DNA of 63,125 nucleotides, counting the filler, from Nemertoderma westbladi (Eukaryota; Animalia; Xenacoelomorpha), in assembly GCA_032718475.1 (NCBI GenBank). It is 3 parts of 3 records of this genome, joined end to end, with 100 filler letters (N's around TTAATTAATTAA, not from the genome) between each part and the next. Parts side by side here need not be neighbours in the genome. Positions count along the whole stretch, not along the records: positions 21,140 to 50,468 come from JAUCBJ010008106.1; 2 more parts are not named here. One strand, written 5' to 3'. Positions 24,989-36,659 of this stretch are shown here, one piece after another. How positions within the stretch are numbered: position 1 is the first letter of the stretch; every line of letters starts with the position of its first letter. The translations under genes were made by a program, and so were the position numbers. A model generated the notes under the pieces. That model was not told the origin of the DNA. It searched no databases and saw only the letters and a program-made list of their open reading frames with translations.

Positions 24989-25798
24989 ATGGATCCGGAT
25001 AAATTTAGCGCGCACCAAGAAGAAATCCTCAGACTATTCAGGAATGCCAAATTAAAAAAGAGTGTATCTAATGAAGATGAGAAACTAGTAACGGATAAAC
25101 TGATGGACATGTCGGCCATGTTCACCTCCTGTTTGGGTATGCTCGCAAATGCTCAACAGGAATCGATATCCTCGAAAGACAACCTGATAAAGCTCCAGTC
25201 TTCCAGATCCGTTACCCCGCCCCCACCTACCAGTACCTCGGTTTCATATGCAGATGCTGCAAGGCCTACCGGTAACACTCAGGGATTCCCACCCGGTACA
25301 CAAACATCTGTTCCCCCTCCAGGACCTCCTCGATATTATAGACCCCCAGGCACCGCGCCAGTTGCTCGCGGCGTTAAGGTCGGAGGCCCTCTTCACGCTG
25401 CACTGTCACCCCCACGTAATGCCCACATACATATCGGCAGGCTAGTACCGTCAAGAACTGCTGAAGATATCACATCGTATCTAACCGCTGAAGGAGTACC
25501 CTTTAGTGAAGTCAACCCTGTAACGTCGAGAATGGAAAACCCAACGTTTAATAGCTTTCACATTGTGTGCAACCAGTCCGATCGCGATCGAATCATGGAT
25601 CCCCTACTTTGGGATAGCGGAATAACCATCCGAAACTATCAATTACGCGGTGACGAACGTGCTCGGTATGGAGTCAGACCGCGAGAGAACGGGGATCTCG
25701 GCAACCAAATGTGGCCTCCTATGGGACAAATGGCACTTACTCATTCGGACTCTCATCTCAACGACTCAAATCAAACCCAACAACACAACCCCCAGTAG
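24989..25798 (+). CDS. LINE ORF1 (helical N-terminus plus RRM-like domain)
   Basis: SYADAA motif, then HIHIGRL...AEDITSYL...SFHIVC...IMDPLLWDSGITIRNY, typical of CR1/L2-group ORF1 C-termini. Confidence 0.75.
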   Translation: MDPDKFSAHQEEILRLFRNAKLKKSVSNEDEKLVTDKLMDMSAMFTSCLGMLANAQQESISSKDNLIKLQSSRSVTPPPPTSTSVSYADAARPTGNTQGFPPGTQTSVPPPGPPRYYRPPGTAPVARGVKVGGPLHAALSPPRNAHIHIGRLVPSRTAEDITSYLTAEGVPFSEVNPVTSRMENPTFNSFHIVCNQSDRDRIMDPLLWDSGITIRNYQLRGDERARYGVRPRENGDLGNQMWPPMGQMALTHSDSHLNDSNQTQQHNPQ

Positions 25799-28606
25799 GT
25801 ACGGGGCGCCTCCTCAACATTGTTCTCTGGAATGTTGAGGGCCTACAGTTTATTCGCGATAATGTCGATGACAATGAACTAAGCAGTAGTGCAGATGTTT
25901 TACTCTTCACCGAAACTCTATATTGTAAGTCAGAAATTGATTTTCCAAACTATTACTCATTTATCCAACCCGCGCTGAAACGCACCCGGGGTCGGCCGTC
26001 CGAAGGTATAATTATTCTATGCAAACTGTGTTTGAATCCATCTATCGTGTCTCTGGATCGGAATTACATAGCAATTAAAACAAATTCGGGATATTTTAGT
26101 GTGTTTTACTTTAACCCTGATACTGCGCTAGAAGATATAACTCTCTCTATAAACCGAGCAATCTCATTCGCTGACTACAGTAAACCTATAGTGGTGTCAG
26201 GCGATTTCAACTGTCGATTGGATAAGGGTAACCGTGGAGCATGTTTATCAGATAATTTAAATCAACTCGGTTTCTATTGTTTAAATGATCCATCTGCTCC
26301 TACCTACATTTCACCCCAGGGAGAAAGTGTAATAGATCTAGTGTTTATTCGTTACTCCTCGGTGGCTCCAAGCTGTCTACCACAGCTGCAAATCCACCTC
26401 AGTCCAATACGTAAACATCAGAGAGTCTCTGCAAACATATATCTTAATACAGACTCAAACCTTCAGATCCCCAGCAGGCCACATCGATATACACGAAAAA
26501 TTGATTCTGGTAAACTTTCTAACCATGCGAATCTTCAACTAGTGTTTGAAAATCTAGTAACTCATAGCGATATTAACACGGCCACACTACTTCTTAATGA
26601 TGCTATAACCGGGTCTTCCAATTTGATACACCCCCGAGTAACCCATGGGAAGCCATGGTTTGACGAAGAATGCCGAAATCAAAAATCTACATTAATGGCT
26701 GCTATGTTGTCTCGTCACGTTTCCACAGACGCTAACACACAGTTCTGGCATCTACGGAAGCAATACAAATCTCTAGTAAAAGATAAACGAAATGCCTACG
26801 ACAATGATAAACTATTGAAACTGATCGTCCGCATCGAAATTACTCCCTGGTCCCTTTTCAAGCAGAAACATAAACCGTCGATTGCTCCCATTGATGCTAC
26901 ACGGCTCGAGGAACATTTTACGGACTTACTAGGAACTCCAAATGATCCTGAAGGAGTGGCTACTACCCCGGTTTCATCTGAACCCGAACGCGAGCTGGAC
27001 GGGTGGTTCAATGAACAGTTTACAGAATCGGAAATTCTAGAGACAATTACCGACCTACCAAACAACAAGGCGTGCGGACATGACGGCATATACTATGAGC
27101 ACATAAAACAGGGGATTCCACAAATTTTATCATTAATAACTCTACTCTATAACGTCTGCTTTGATATTGGGAAATTGCCTTCAATCTGGAAAAATAGCGT
27201 GATAAATATTCTTTATAAAGGTAAGGGGAAAATCACGGACCCCGACAACTACCGCGGGATAGCTCTTCTGTGTGTTCTTCTGAAAATTCTCACGTCGACT
27301 ATTAACAAGCGAATACGCAGCGCTCTCGCTAACTTCATTCCACTCGAACAGTTTGGTTTTGTCCCTCAACGATCTACAATACATGCTATATCGAAGTTAC
27401 TTCAGGACATTAAAACAGCCTTTAACTCGCCCACTAGACAATCAAGAATAACATATGCATTATTTGTTGATTTCCGGAAGGCGTTTGACCTTTTAAGCCG
27501 TAAAGTATTACTAAACAAGCTCTACAACTTAGGTGTGAGGGGAAAGACCTTCGACATAATAAAGGAATTGTTATGTAATTATTTCCGCATCTTTGATGGT
27601 CTCTGTTACTCGAACCTCATTGAACAATTACGAGGGATTTTACAGGGGGACTGTCTGAGCCCCACCTGCTTTATTTTATTCATTGCCGACCTAGCAACGG
27701 CACTAATAAATGTAGCTAGCTGCCTTACTCAAATTCATATTCTATGCAGACGATTTGGTGATATACTCCAGTAACAGATGCGACGTCCAATCAGCTCTCG
27801 ATGTTATATCCAACTGGTGTAAATTAAACGGTATGGAAGTAAATTTATTGAAAACAAAGATTATTAAATTTCGCAAGGGCGGTCGATACAGCAAAGACGA
27901 CAAATTCACATATGGAAATAATATAGTCAAACTCGAGAATAAATACGAATACCTAGGAATTACGCTTCAGCCTTCATTATCATTCACACAGCATATTCAA
28001 TTAAAGAAAATAAAGGCATTTGGAATTATTGGCTCAATACAGCACCTCCGTTTATTATCAATTGACACTGCCATCAAAATTTTTAATACTAAAATAGAAC
28101 CTTTGGTAACATACGCGTTCACAGAAATCGGTCCTTATTTTACACTGGCACATTTAAAAGAAGTAGATAAAATAAAATCAGCATTCGCTAAATCAATGCT
28201 GGCCTTACACAAATCCGCATCTTCCACTATGGCACTAAAGCTTATTGATCAACAAATGTTTGTCGAGTGCATTCTAGAACGCAACCCAAATACCTTCAAT
28301 CGAAACGCAATCTCATTATACAGAGTACACCGAGAGGAACGCGAATTAAATTTCATCCAAGAAGGTTTTATAAACGGACCCGCTTTCACCTCGGACATAT
28401 GGAAACGCCAAAACCAGAAAAACCGACACGTTGTAACTCGGACAACTTCCCATGGTTTTCATTTTAAACTCTGCACCGATCAAACTCCTTTTCACCCGCT
28501 GTCACAGAACTGCGTCTGCCGATTCTGCCAGCACTCATGCTCGGACCGCTATCACTGTCTTTCATGTACACTTTGTCCACCCTTATCAACCTTAGCACAA
28601 CCATAA
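25711..28606 (+). pseudogene. LINE ORF2 (APE endonuclease, RT, Cys/His C-terminus) with one frameshift
   Basis: WNVEGL, FTET, SGDFN, PTY...SVIDL; FVDFRKAFD, GILQGDCLSP. FYADDL lies in the next frame (shift at ~27700-27740). YEYLG and CRFC...DRYHCLSC follow. Confidence 0.85.
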
Positions 28607-29202
28607 TAAATCAATATAAGGCCTAACTAAACTGTACTGTATCGACTTCAATAATTACCATGTTATTTCGGTGTATATAATATTATTATGGTATTTAATT
28701 AAAATTAATTAATATACAGTCATTTTACCCCGACTGGGGTGTAGTTATTAAAAAAAAAAAAATTTTTTTACATACTTATATTACCTTCTCCTATTAATTT
28801 TTTCACTTGTTGTAACTAATTTTTTCACTTGTTGTAACTATTTTTAGAATGTGCACCTGATTTTGTACCTAATTAATTTACTTTAACTATTTTCACATTG
28901 GTGCATTTTTTTGTAAATTAGAACAACAAAATTACATATACTTAAATTACCTCTCACATTAATTTTTTCACTTGTAAGTATTTTTTCCAAATTTGCACCT
29001 GATTCTGTACCTAATTAATTTCCTTTAACAATTTTCACATTGGTGCATTTCTTGTAGATTAGAACAACAACAACACATACAGTACTTAAATTACCCTTCC
29101 TATGAATGATTTTTGCACTTGTAATTATTTTTCGAATTTGCAGGTACTTTAAATATTTTTACATTGGTGCATTTTTTGTAAATTTGCACACTTTTGTTCC
29201 AG

Positions 29203-32200
29203 TAACTGTACAAGCTCTATAGTTCCACTAACTGTACAAACTCTATAGTTCCACTAACTGTACAAACTCTATAGTTCTACTAACCCTTCCAAATCTATAG
29301 TTCCTCTAACTGTACAAACTCTATAGTTCCACTAACTGTACAAACTCCATAGTTCCACTAACTTTACAAACTCTATAGTTCCACTAACTGTACAAACTCT
29401 ATAGTTCCACTAACTGTACAAACTCTATAGTTCCACTAACTGTACAAACTCTATAGTTCCACTAACTGTACAAACTCTATAGTTCCACCAACTGTACAAA
29501 ATCTATAGATCCACTAACTTTACAAACTCTATAGTTCCACTAACTGTACAAACTCTATAGTTCTACTAACCCTTCCAAATCTATAGTTCCTCTAACTGTA
29601 CAAACTCTATAGTTCCACTAACTGTACAAACTCTATAGTTCCACTAAATGTACAAACTCTATAGTTCCACTAACTAAATGTACAAACTCTATAGTTCCAC
29701 CAACTGTACAAAATCTATAGATCCACTAACTTTACAAACTCTATAGTTCCACTAACTGTACAAACTCTATAGTTCTACTAACTGTACAAACTCTATAGTT
29801 CCACTAACTGTACAAACTCTATAGTTCCACTAACTGTACAAACTCTATAGTTCCACTAACTTTACAAACTCTATAGTTCCACTAACTGTACAAACTCTAT
29901 AGTTCCACTAACTGTACAAACTCTATAGTTCCACTAACCCTTCCAAATCTATAGTTCCTCTAACTGTACAAACTCTATAGTTCCACTAACTGTACAAACT
30001 CCATAGTTCCACTAACTTTACAAACTCTATAGTTCCATTAACTGTACAAACTCTATAGTTCCACTAACTGTACAAACTCTATAGTTCCACTAACTGTACA
30101 AACTCTATAGTTCCACTAACTGTACAAACTCTATTGTTCCACTAACTGTACAAACTCTATAGTTCCACTAACTGCACAAACTCTATAGTTCCACTAACTG
30201 TACAAACTCTATAGTTCCACTAACTGTACAAACTCTATAGTTCCACTAACTGTACAAACTCTATAGTTCCACTAACTGTACAAACTCTATAGTTCCACTA
30301 ACCTTACAAACTCTATAGTTCCACTAACTGTACAAACTCTATAGTTCCACTAACTGTACAAACTCTATTGTTCCACTAACTGTACAAACTCTATAGTTCC
30401 ACTAACTGCACAAACTCTATAGTTCCACTAACTGTACAAACTCTATAGTTCCACTAACTGTACAAACTCTATAGTTCCACTAACTGTACAAACTCTATTG
30501 TTCCACTAACTGTACAAACTCTATAGTTCCACTAACTGCACAAACTCTATAGTTCCACTAACTGTACAAACTCTACAGTTCCACTAACTGTGCAAACTCT
30601 ATAGTTCCACTAACTGTACAAACTCTATAGTTCCCCTAACTGCACAAACTCTATAGTTCCACTAACCTTACAAACTCTATAGTTCCACTAACTGTACAAA
30701 CTCTATAGTTCTACTAACCCTTCCAAATCGATAGTTCCACTAACTGTACAAACTCTATAGTTCCACTAACTGTACAAACTCTATAGTTCCACTAACTGTA
30801 CAAACTCTATAGTTCCACTAACTGTACAAACTCTATAGTTCCACTAACTGTACAAACTCCATAGTTCCACTAACTGTACAAACTCTATAGTTCCACTAAC
30901 TGTACAAACTCTATTGTTCCACTAACTGTACAAACTCTATAGTTCCACTAACTGCACAAACTCTATAGTTCCACTAACTGTACAAACTCTATAGTTCCAC
31001 TAACTGTGAAAAACTCTATAGTTCCACTAACTGTACAAACTCTATAGTTCCCCTAACTGCACAAACTCTATAGTTCCACTAACCTTACAAACTCTATAGT
31101 TCCACTAACTGTACAAACTCTATAGTTCTACTAACCCTTCCAAATCGATAGTTCCACTAACTGTACAAACTCTATAGTTCCACTAACTGTACAAACTCTA
31201 TAGTTCCACTAACTGTACAAACTCTATAGTTCCACTAACTGTACAAACTCTATAGTTCCACTAACTGTACAAACTCCATAGTTCCACTAACTGTACAAAC
31301 TCTATAGTTCCACTAACTGTACAAACTCTATAGTTCCACTAACTGTACAAACTCTATAGTTCCACTAACTGTACAAACTCTATAGTTCCACTAACTGTAC
31401 AAACTCTATAGTTCCACTAACTGTACAAACTCTATAGTTCCACTAACTGTACAAACTCTATAGTTCCACTAACTGTACAAACTCTATAGTTCCACTAACT
31501 GAACAAACTCTATAGTTCCACTAACTGCACAAACTCTATAGTTCCACTAACCTTACAAACTCTATAGTTCCACTAACTGTACAAACTCTATAGTTCTACT
31601 AACCCTTCCAAATCTATAGTTCCACTAACTGTACAAACTCTATAGTTCCACCAACTGTACAAAATCTATAGATCCACTAACTGTACAAACTCTATAGTTC
31701 CACTAACTGTACAAACTCTATAGTTCTACTAACCCTTCCAATCTATAGTTCCTCTAACTGTACAAACTCTATAGTTCCACTAAACTGTACAAACTCTATA
31801 GTTCCACTAAACTGTACAAACTCTATTGTTCCACTAAACTGTACAAACTCTATTGTTCCACTAACTGTACAAACTCTATAGTTCCTCTAACTGTACAAAC
31901 TCTATAGTTCCACTAAACTGTACAAACTCTATAGTTCCACTAACTGTACAAACTCTATAGTTCCACTAACTGTACAAACTCTATAGTTCCACTAACTGTA
32001 CAAACTCTTTAGTTCCACTAACTGTACAAACTCTTTAGTTCCACTAACTGTACAAACTCCATAGTTCCACTAACTTTACAAACTCTATAGTTCCACTAAC
32101 TGTACAAACTCTATTGTTCCACTAACTGTACAAACTCTATAGTTCCACTAACTGTACAAACTCTTTAGTTCCACTAACTGTACAAACTCCATAGTTCCAC

Positions 32201-32503
32201 TAACTTTACAAACTCTATAGTTCCACTAACTGTACAAACTCTATAGTTCCACTAACTGTACAAACTCTATAGTTCCACTAACCCTTCCAAATCTATAGTT
32301 CCACTAACTGTACAAACTCTATAGTTTCACTAACTGTACAAACTCTATAGTTCCACTAACTGTACAAACTCTATAGTTCCACTAACCCTTCCAAATCTAT
32401 AGTTCCACTAACTGTACATACTCTATAGTTCCACTAACTGTACAAACTCTATAGTTCCACTAACTGTACAAACTCTATAGTTCCACTAACTGTACAAACT
32501 CCA
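29203..32503. repeat. Satellite array of the 26-bp unit TAACTGTACAAACTCTATAGTTCCAC, about 125 copies
   Basis: Head-to-tail, highly homogeneous, with recurring variant monomers. Confidence 0.97.
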
Positions 32504-32853
32504 TGATGGGATCTGTACTGTAGTTATCTATATACTGTTACTACTGGTAATTCATCAGTGTTGTGTTATGGACTGACTCTCTTCTACCGGTGCCTGTTGT
32601 GTTGTGTTGAGGCTGGAAATATATGGCTTAGGGCTATTAAGTACTGAAGTACCTACCGTTTATTCTAGTAACGAATAGAACATGGCGCTGCGAGTAGGAA
32701 GCTCTAGGGCTAGGGCTATTAAGTACTGAAGTACCTACCGTTTATTCTAGTAATGAATAGAACATGGCGCTGCGAGTAGGGTCATTATCCTCGGAACTGT
32801 GAATCATATAACCTGTCCCAGTGACTTATTGCTATAGGCCTACCGCTCAAAAC

Positions 32854-34158
32854 ATGGCTGACATGGAGACGCGCTTAAGGAAAACTCACAGTGGTTTCAA
32901 ATCGAATTTTACACGATTGGCTAATCGGTTTGAGGTGTCGATCGCAAATATACAAAAACTCTCGGTTGACGAACGACCCCAAACAATAATCGATGAACTC
33001 CGACGCCATAAAGAGAAACTGGAATTGGCGTACGATAAAATCGGCAAATCATTAGAGACGCTGCGCGCTCACGACGTGGATTGTACAGCCGATGACGGCC
33101 ACTACGACGATGTTACTGCACATATTTCGGGACTAGACAGCATATTCACTGTTATAATTAGCGAATCCGCTAAATTTTCGGGCAGACGGCCACCAGGATC
33201 CAACCCAACAAACACACCGGTAAGTAAGAGCGACAACGCACCAAGAGCAACGGCGAATCGACCGCCGGTTCTCGATGATGAAGTCGATATAAAGAAATTT
33301 GCTTGGTGGCGAATCGCGAGGAGCAACTACGCAAGGACGATTAAACTCCAAAATCAACCGCGAGATGAACAAATCTCAGCTTTCTTCGGTTACTGTAGTC
33401 CAACATTGCTCTCTAAACTGCAATATGTTGTAGAAATTCCACAGGATACAACATTAACATTAGATCAAGTCATCGAAAAATTCGAATTGTATTTGAAAGA
33501 AAAGCACAACATTGCGTTAGATCGATGGGAGTTGACAACTTGCAAACAACAGTATTCCGAATCGTTCGACAGCTACTATACTAAATTATGTGAAGCTGCG
33601 GACACCGCCGGGTTGCGTGACATGGATGAGGATGCGTGGATGAGTACGTTGATCACCGTCGGAATATTCGACGAGGAGATCCGCCAAGATTTATTGGCTA
33701 AATCCCCCACACTCAACCATCGGGAAACTGTAAAATTTTGTCGCAGTGAGGAGGCGGCACGTGCGCATTCTAAGAGAATGAAAACGTCCAGATCGGCAGA
33801 GATGGCGACATCCGCGGGGTTAAACTCACAAAAACAACGGGGCCGTTCGTCAACACACAAGAAATCTCCCTCGAAATCACGATATCAATCCCAAAATCGC
33901 TCACCCAGTAAAGGGGCTGAGTTTGAATCAGATAAATGTCAGCGCTGTGGGTATGTGCAGCACGGACACAGGGGCAGATGTCCCGCCATGGGTAAGATAT
34001 GTAATTTCTGTAAGAAAAAGAATCATTTTTCAAACATGTGTCTGTGTCGCAATAAAAGTGCGAATGCTACATCAGCTGACATTAATATAAATAACAATAC
34101 AAGTGTGTCGTCAGCGGTGAACATTGCAACGTGTGGGCACAATAAAATCAATGATTAG
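32854..34158 (+). CDS. gag: Gag with tandem zinc knuckles
   Basis: CKQQYSESFDSYYTKL capsid motif; CQRCGYVQH...CPAMGKICNFCKKKNHFSNMC double knuckle typical of Mag elements. Confidence 0.85.
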   Translation: MADMETRLRKTHSGFKSNFTRLANRFEVSIANIQKLSVDERPQTIIDELRRHKEKLELAYDKIGKSLETLRAHDVDCTADDGHYDDVTAHISGLDSIFTVIISESAKFSGRRPPGSNPTNTPVSKSDNAPRATANRPPVLDDEVDIKKFAWWRIARSNYARTIKLQNQPRDEQISAFFGYCSPTLLSKLQYVVEIPQDTTLTLDQVIEKFELYLKEKHNIALDRWELTTCKQQYSESFDSYYTKLCEAADTAGLRDMDEDAWMSTLITVGIFDEEIRQDLLAKSPTLNHRETVKFCRSEEAARAHSKRMKTSRSAEMATSAGLNSQKQRGRSSTHKKSPSKSRYQSQNRSPSKGAEFESDKCQRCGYVQHGHRGRCPAMGKICNFCKKKNHFSNMCLCRNKSANATSADININNNTSVSSAVNIATCGHNKIND

Positions 34159-34402
34159 TGTGGGCATAGTTAATGACTGTGCTAAGAAAGAATTTATTGC
34201 TGATTATATTTCAGTACCCGATACCGGTTCCGATATAACTGTAGGTGGGAGTCAATTTTGTAGGGATATGGATATTGATTTACTAAACCTACTGGAACCA
34301 GATAATGGGCGGCGACTGCTTAATATCAATGGGAAGGAACTTAAGCAGTTGGGCCGACTCATATTATATATTACTTTAGAGGGGCAAGAAATACGAGAAG
34401 AG

Positions 34403-36354
34403 AAAATCGTTTTGAGAAAATCGCACTTAAAGAAAAATTAAATTTTCAAGTCAAAATTTTCAATTTTTTTATTTTCAATGTGATATATGCAGTTTTTAAT
34501 GAGGAATCCAAATCTGTTAACGGTATGTTAACAGCTAGCTTAGTTTTGGAGATAATCAGCTTTGATTGAGAGTAGTCAGAAGTTTTGAAATTTAAATCTC
34601 ATTCCCGATAGATATTATGTTGTTCTATGTAGATTTACTCTTATAAATTAATTTATATGCCTTATTATTCCAATCCAATAGAAAACTATCTTCCAGTTAT
34701 TTTCAGTATGTTTGCTTGTCAATCGGTCTGTCTGTTTGTCTGTTTATCTGTCAAGTGTTGTCAGTCATTTTATAAATTTTTAGATCTTGGCTCAAAAATT
34801 ATAATTTTGATGGTATATAAGGGTTTTCGAGGTCGTTAAACACGATAAAACATCTAAAAATATTTTCTGGTAATGCAACTACCATTTTTGGTGCTATTTT
34901 GGACCCACAGGACGAAAAGTACAAGTAAAAAAATGTCAAATTAAAAAATGTTGTGTTTCGATTGATAATTCTGAATGTATGCGGGTTTTTGAGGTCGGTG
35001 ATCACGATAAAAAATGTTAAAAATATTTTTGGCAATACAACCATCATTTTTGGTGCTATTTTTGCCCCAGGACGAAAAGTACAAGTAAAAAATGTCAAAT
35101 AAAAAATTGTTGTGTTTCGATTGATAATTCTGAATGTATTCGGGTTTTTGAGGTTTGTTGTTCACGTGCTGCTCGAAGTCCCAGACCAGATAACTAGCTA
35201 CCTCAGTTGTTCACGTGCTGCTCGAAGTCTCAAACAAGATAACTAGATAGCTTTGTTGTTTACCTTGCTGCTCGAAGTCCCAAACTCGATAAAAACGTAG
35301 CATATTTGTGCACATCCTGCTCGAAGTCCCAGACTAGATAGCAAGCTACCTTTGTTGTTCACGTGCTGCTTGAAGTCCCAGACTAGTCTACTATAACTAG
35401 CTACCTTTATTGTTCACGTGCTGCTCGAAGTCTCAAACTAGATAACTAGCTAGCTTTGTTGTTCACGTGCTGCTCGAAGTCCCAAACTAGATAACTAGCT
35501 ACCTTAGTTGTTTACGTGCTGCTCGAAGTCCCAAATTAGACAACCATAGTTACCTTAGTTGTTCATGTGCTGCTCGAATTCTCAAACTAGATAACTAGCT
35601 AGCTTTGTTGTTCACGTGCTGCTCGAAGTCCCAAAATAGATAGTCATAGTTAGCTTACTTGTACCAGCGCTGCTTGAAGTCCCAGACTAAGCTACCTTAG
35701 TTGTTCGCATGCTGCTCGAAGTCTCAAACTAGATAATTATCTAGCTTTGTTGTTCACGTGCTGCTCGAAGTCCCATACTAGATAACTAGCTACCTTAGTT
35801 ATTCACGTACTGCTCGAAGTCTCAAACTAGATAACTAGCTACCCTAGTTGTTCATGTGCTGCTCGGAGTCCCAGACTAGATAAAAACCCAGCATAGTTGT
35901 TCACGTGCTGCTCGAAGTCCCTGCCTTAGATAACCATCCAGCTTAGTTGATCACGTGCTGCTCGAAGTCCCAGGCTAGAAAAAAAAAGGCAGCATAGTTG
36001 TTCATTAGTTTGCTAATGTACATTCCTATTACACATTTTGCCCCTCAAGCCTCAACATCACAACACAACAACAGACCCACTCCGATTTAGCAAACTCACT
36101 TTCAAGATATTTTGTAAGTAATCCCTACTACTATTAAAATACAACAAAAATTTTAAACGCGATTTACTCATAATAGTATATTTTCCATCTGGTTGTCTTG
36201 CCAATACTTAATTTCTAATAACTCTTGATGTACTCATCCAATCAGGATGATTTATAGCTCATTAGAGAGCTGAGATGTTGGCCAATCACATGCAATATCT
36301 AACTCAAAAACTTCATTTTCACCTTAAGGTACCTTTTCGCTTTCACTGCCACAA
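34403..36354. mobile_element. Unclassified non-autonomous element inserted in the Gypsy protease
   Basis: The protease (PDTGSDITV...IREE) resumes at ~36355 as IFICDGIDNLYLSLKACKAL. The insert has ~120-bp direct repeats (34815-35155) and a 49-bp minisatellite. Confidence 0.7.
35155..36005. repeat. About 49-bp minisatellite, ~17 copies
   Basis: Unit GTTGTTCACGTGCTGCTCGAAGTCYCARACTAGATAACTAGCTACCTTA. Confidence 0.9.
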
Positions 36355-36659
36355 ATATTCATATGTGATGGTATTGATAACCTTTATTTGTCACTAAAAG
36401 CTTGTAAAGCTTTGCGTCTAATTCATGAGAACTGGCCCCGACCACTTCCAGAAATATATTTCAATACTCGTTCCTGTTCTACTGGCATGTCCTGTCCCTC
36501 CGGTACTTCTAAAACTGAAAGTATTTTCAATAAAAATAAAAGGAAAATTTTTATTGAAAGCTTACCTGTAAATCCGACCCCTGCTGAAGGTCTGTCAGTG
36601 CGTGATAAATTAATAACATTTACCCAACTGTATTTAATTGTGATGAGGCATTAAAAACA

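Larger units (their letters stand above)
24891..28762 (+). mobile_element. Full-length two-ORF LINE (RTEX- or L2/CR1-group)
   Basis: ORF1 plus APE-RT ORF2; 3' stem-loop ACCCCGACTGGGGT; ATTAAA and a poly(A) tail at ~28749-28762. Confidence 0.85.
24464..29124. mobile_element. AT-rich foldback element split by the LINE
   Basis: 24464-~24845 is the inverse of ~28765-29124 (e.g. GGAAGGGTAATTTAAGTACTGTATG / CATACAGTACTTAAATTACCCTTCC). Confidence 0.7.

Noticed and set aside
29203-32503. CRISPR array
   Set aside because: Contiguous monomers with no unique spacers; eukaryotic context; no cas genes.
35155-36005. CRISPR-like repeat-spacer array
   Set aside because: The variable halves are homologous to each other, so it is a minisatellite.
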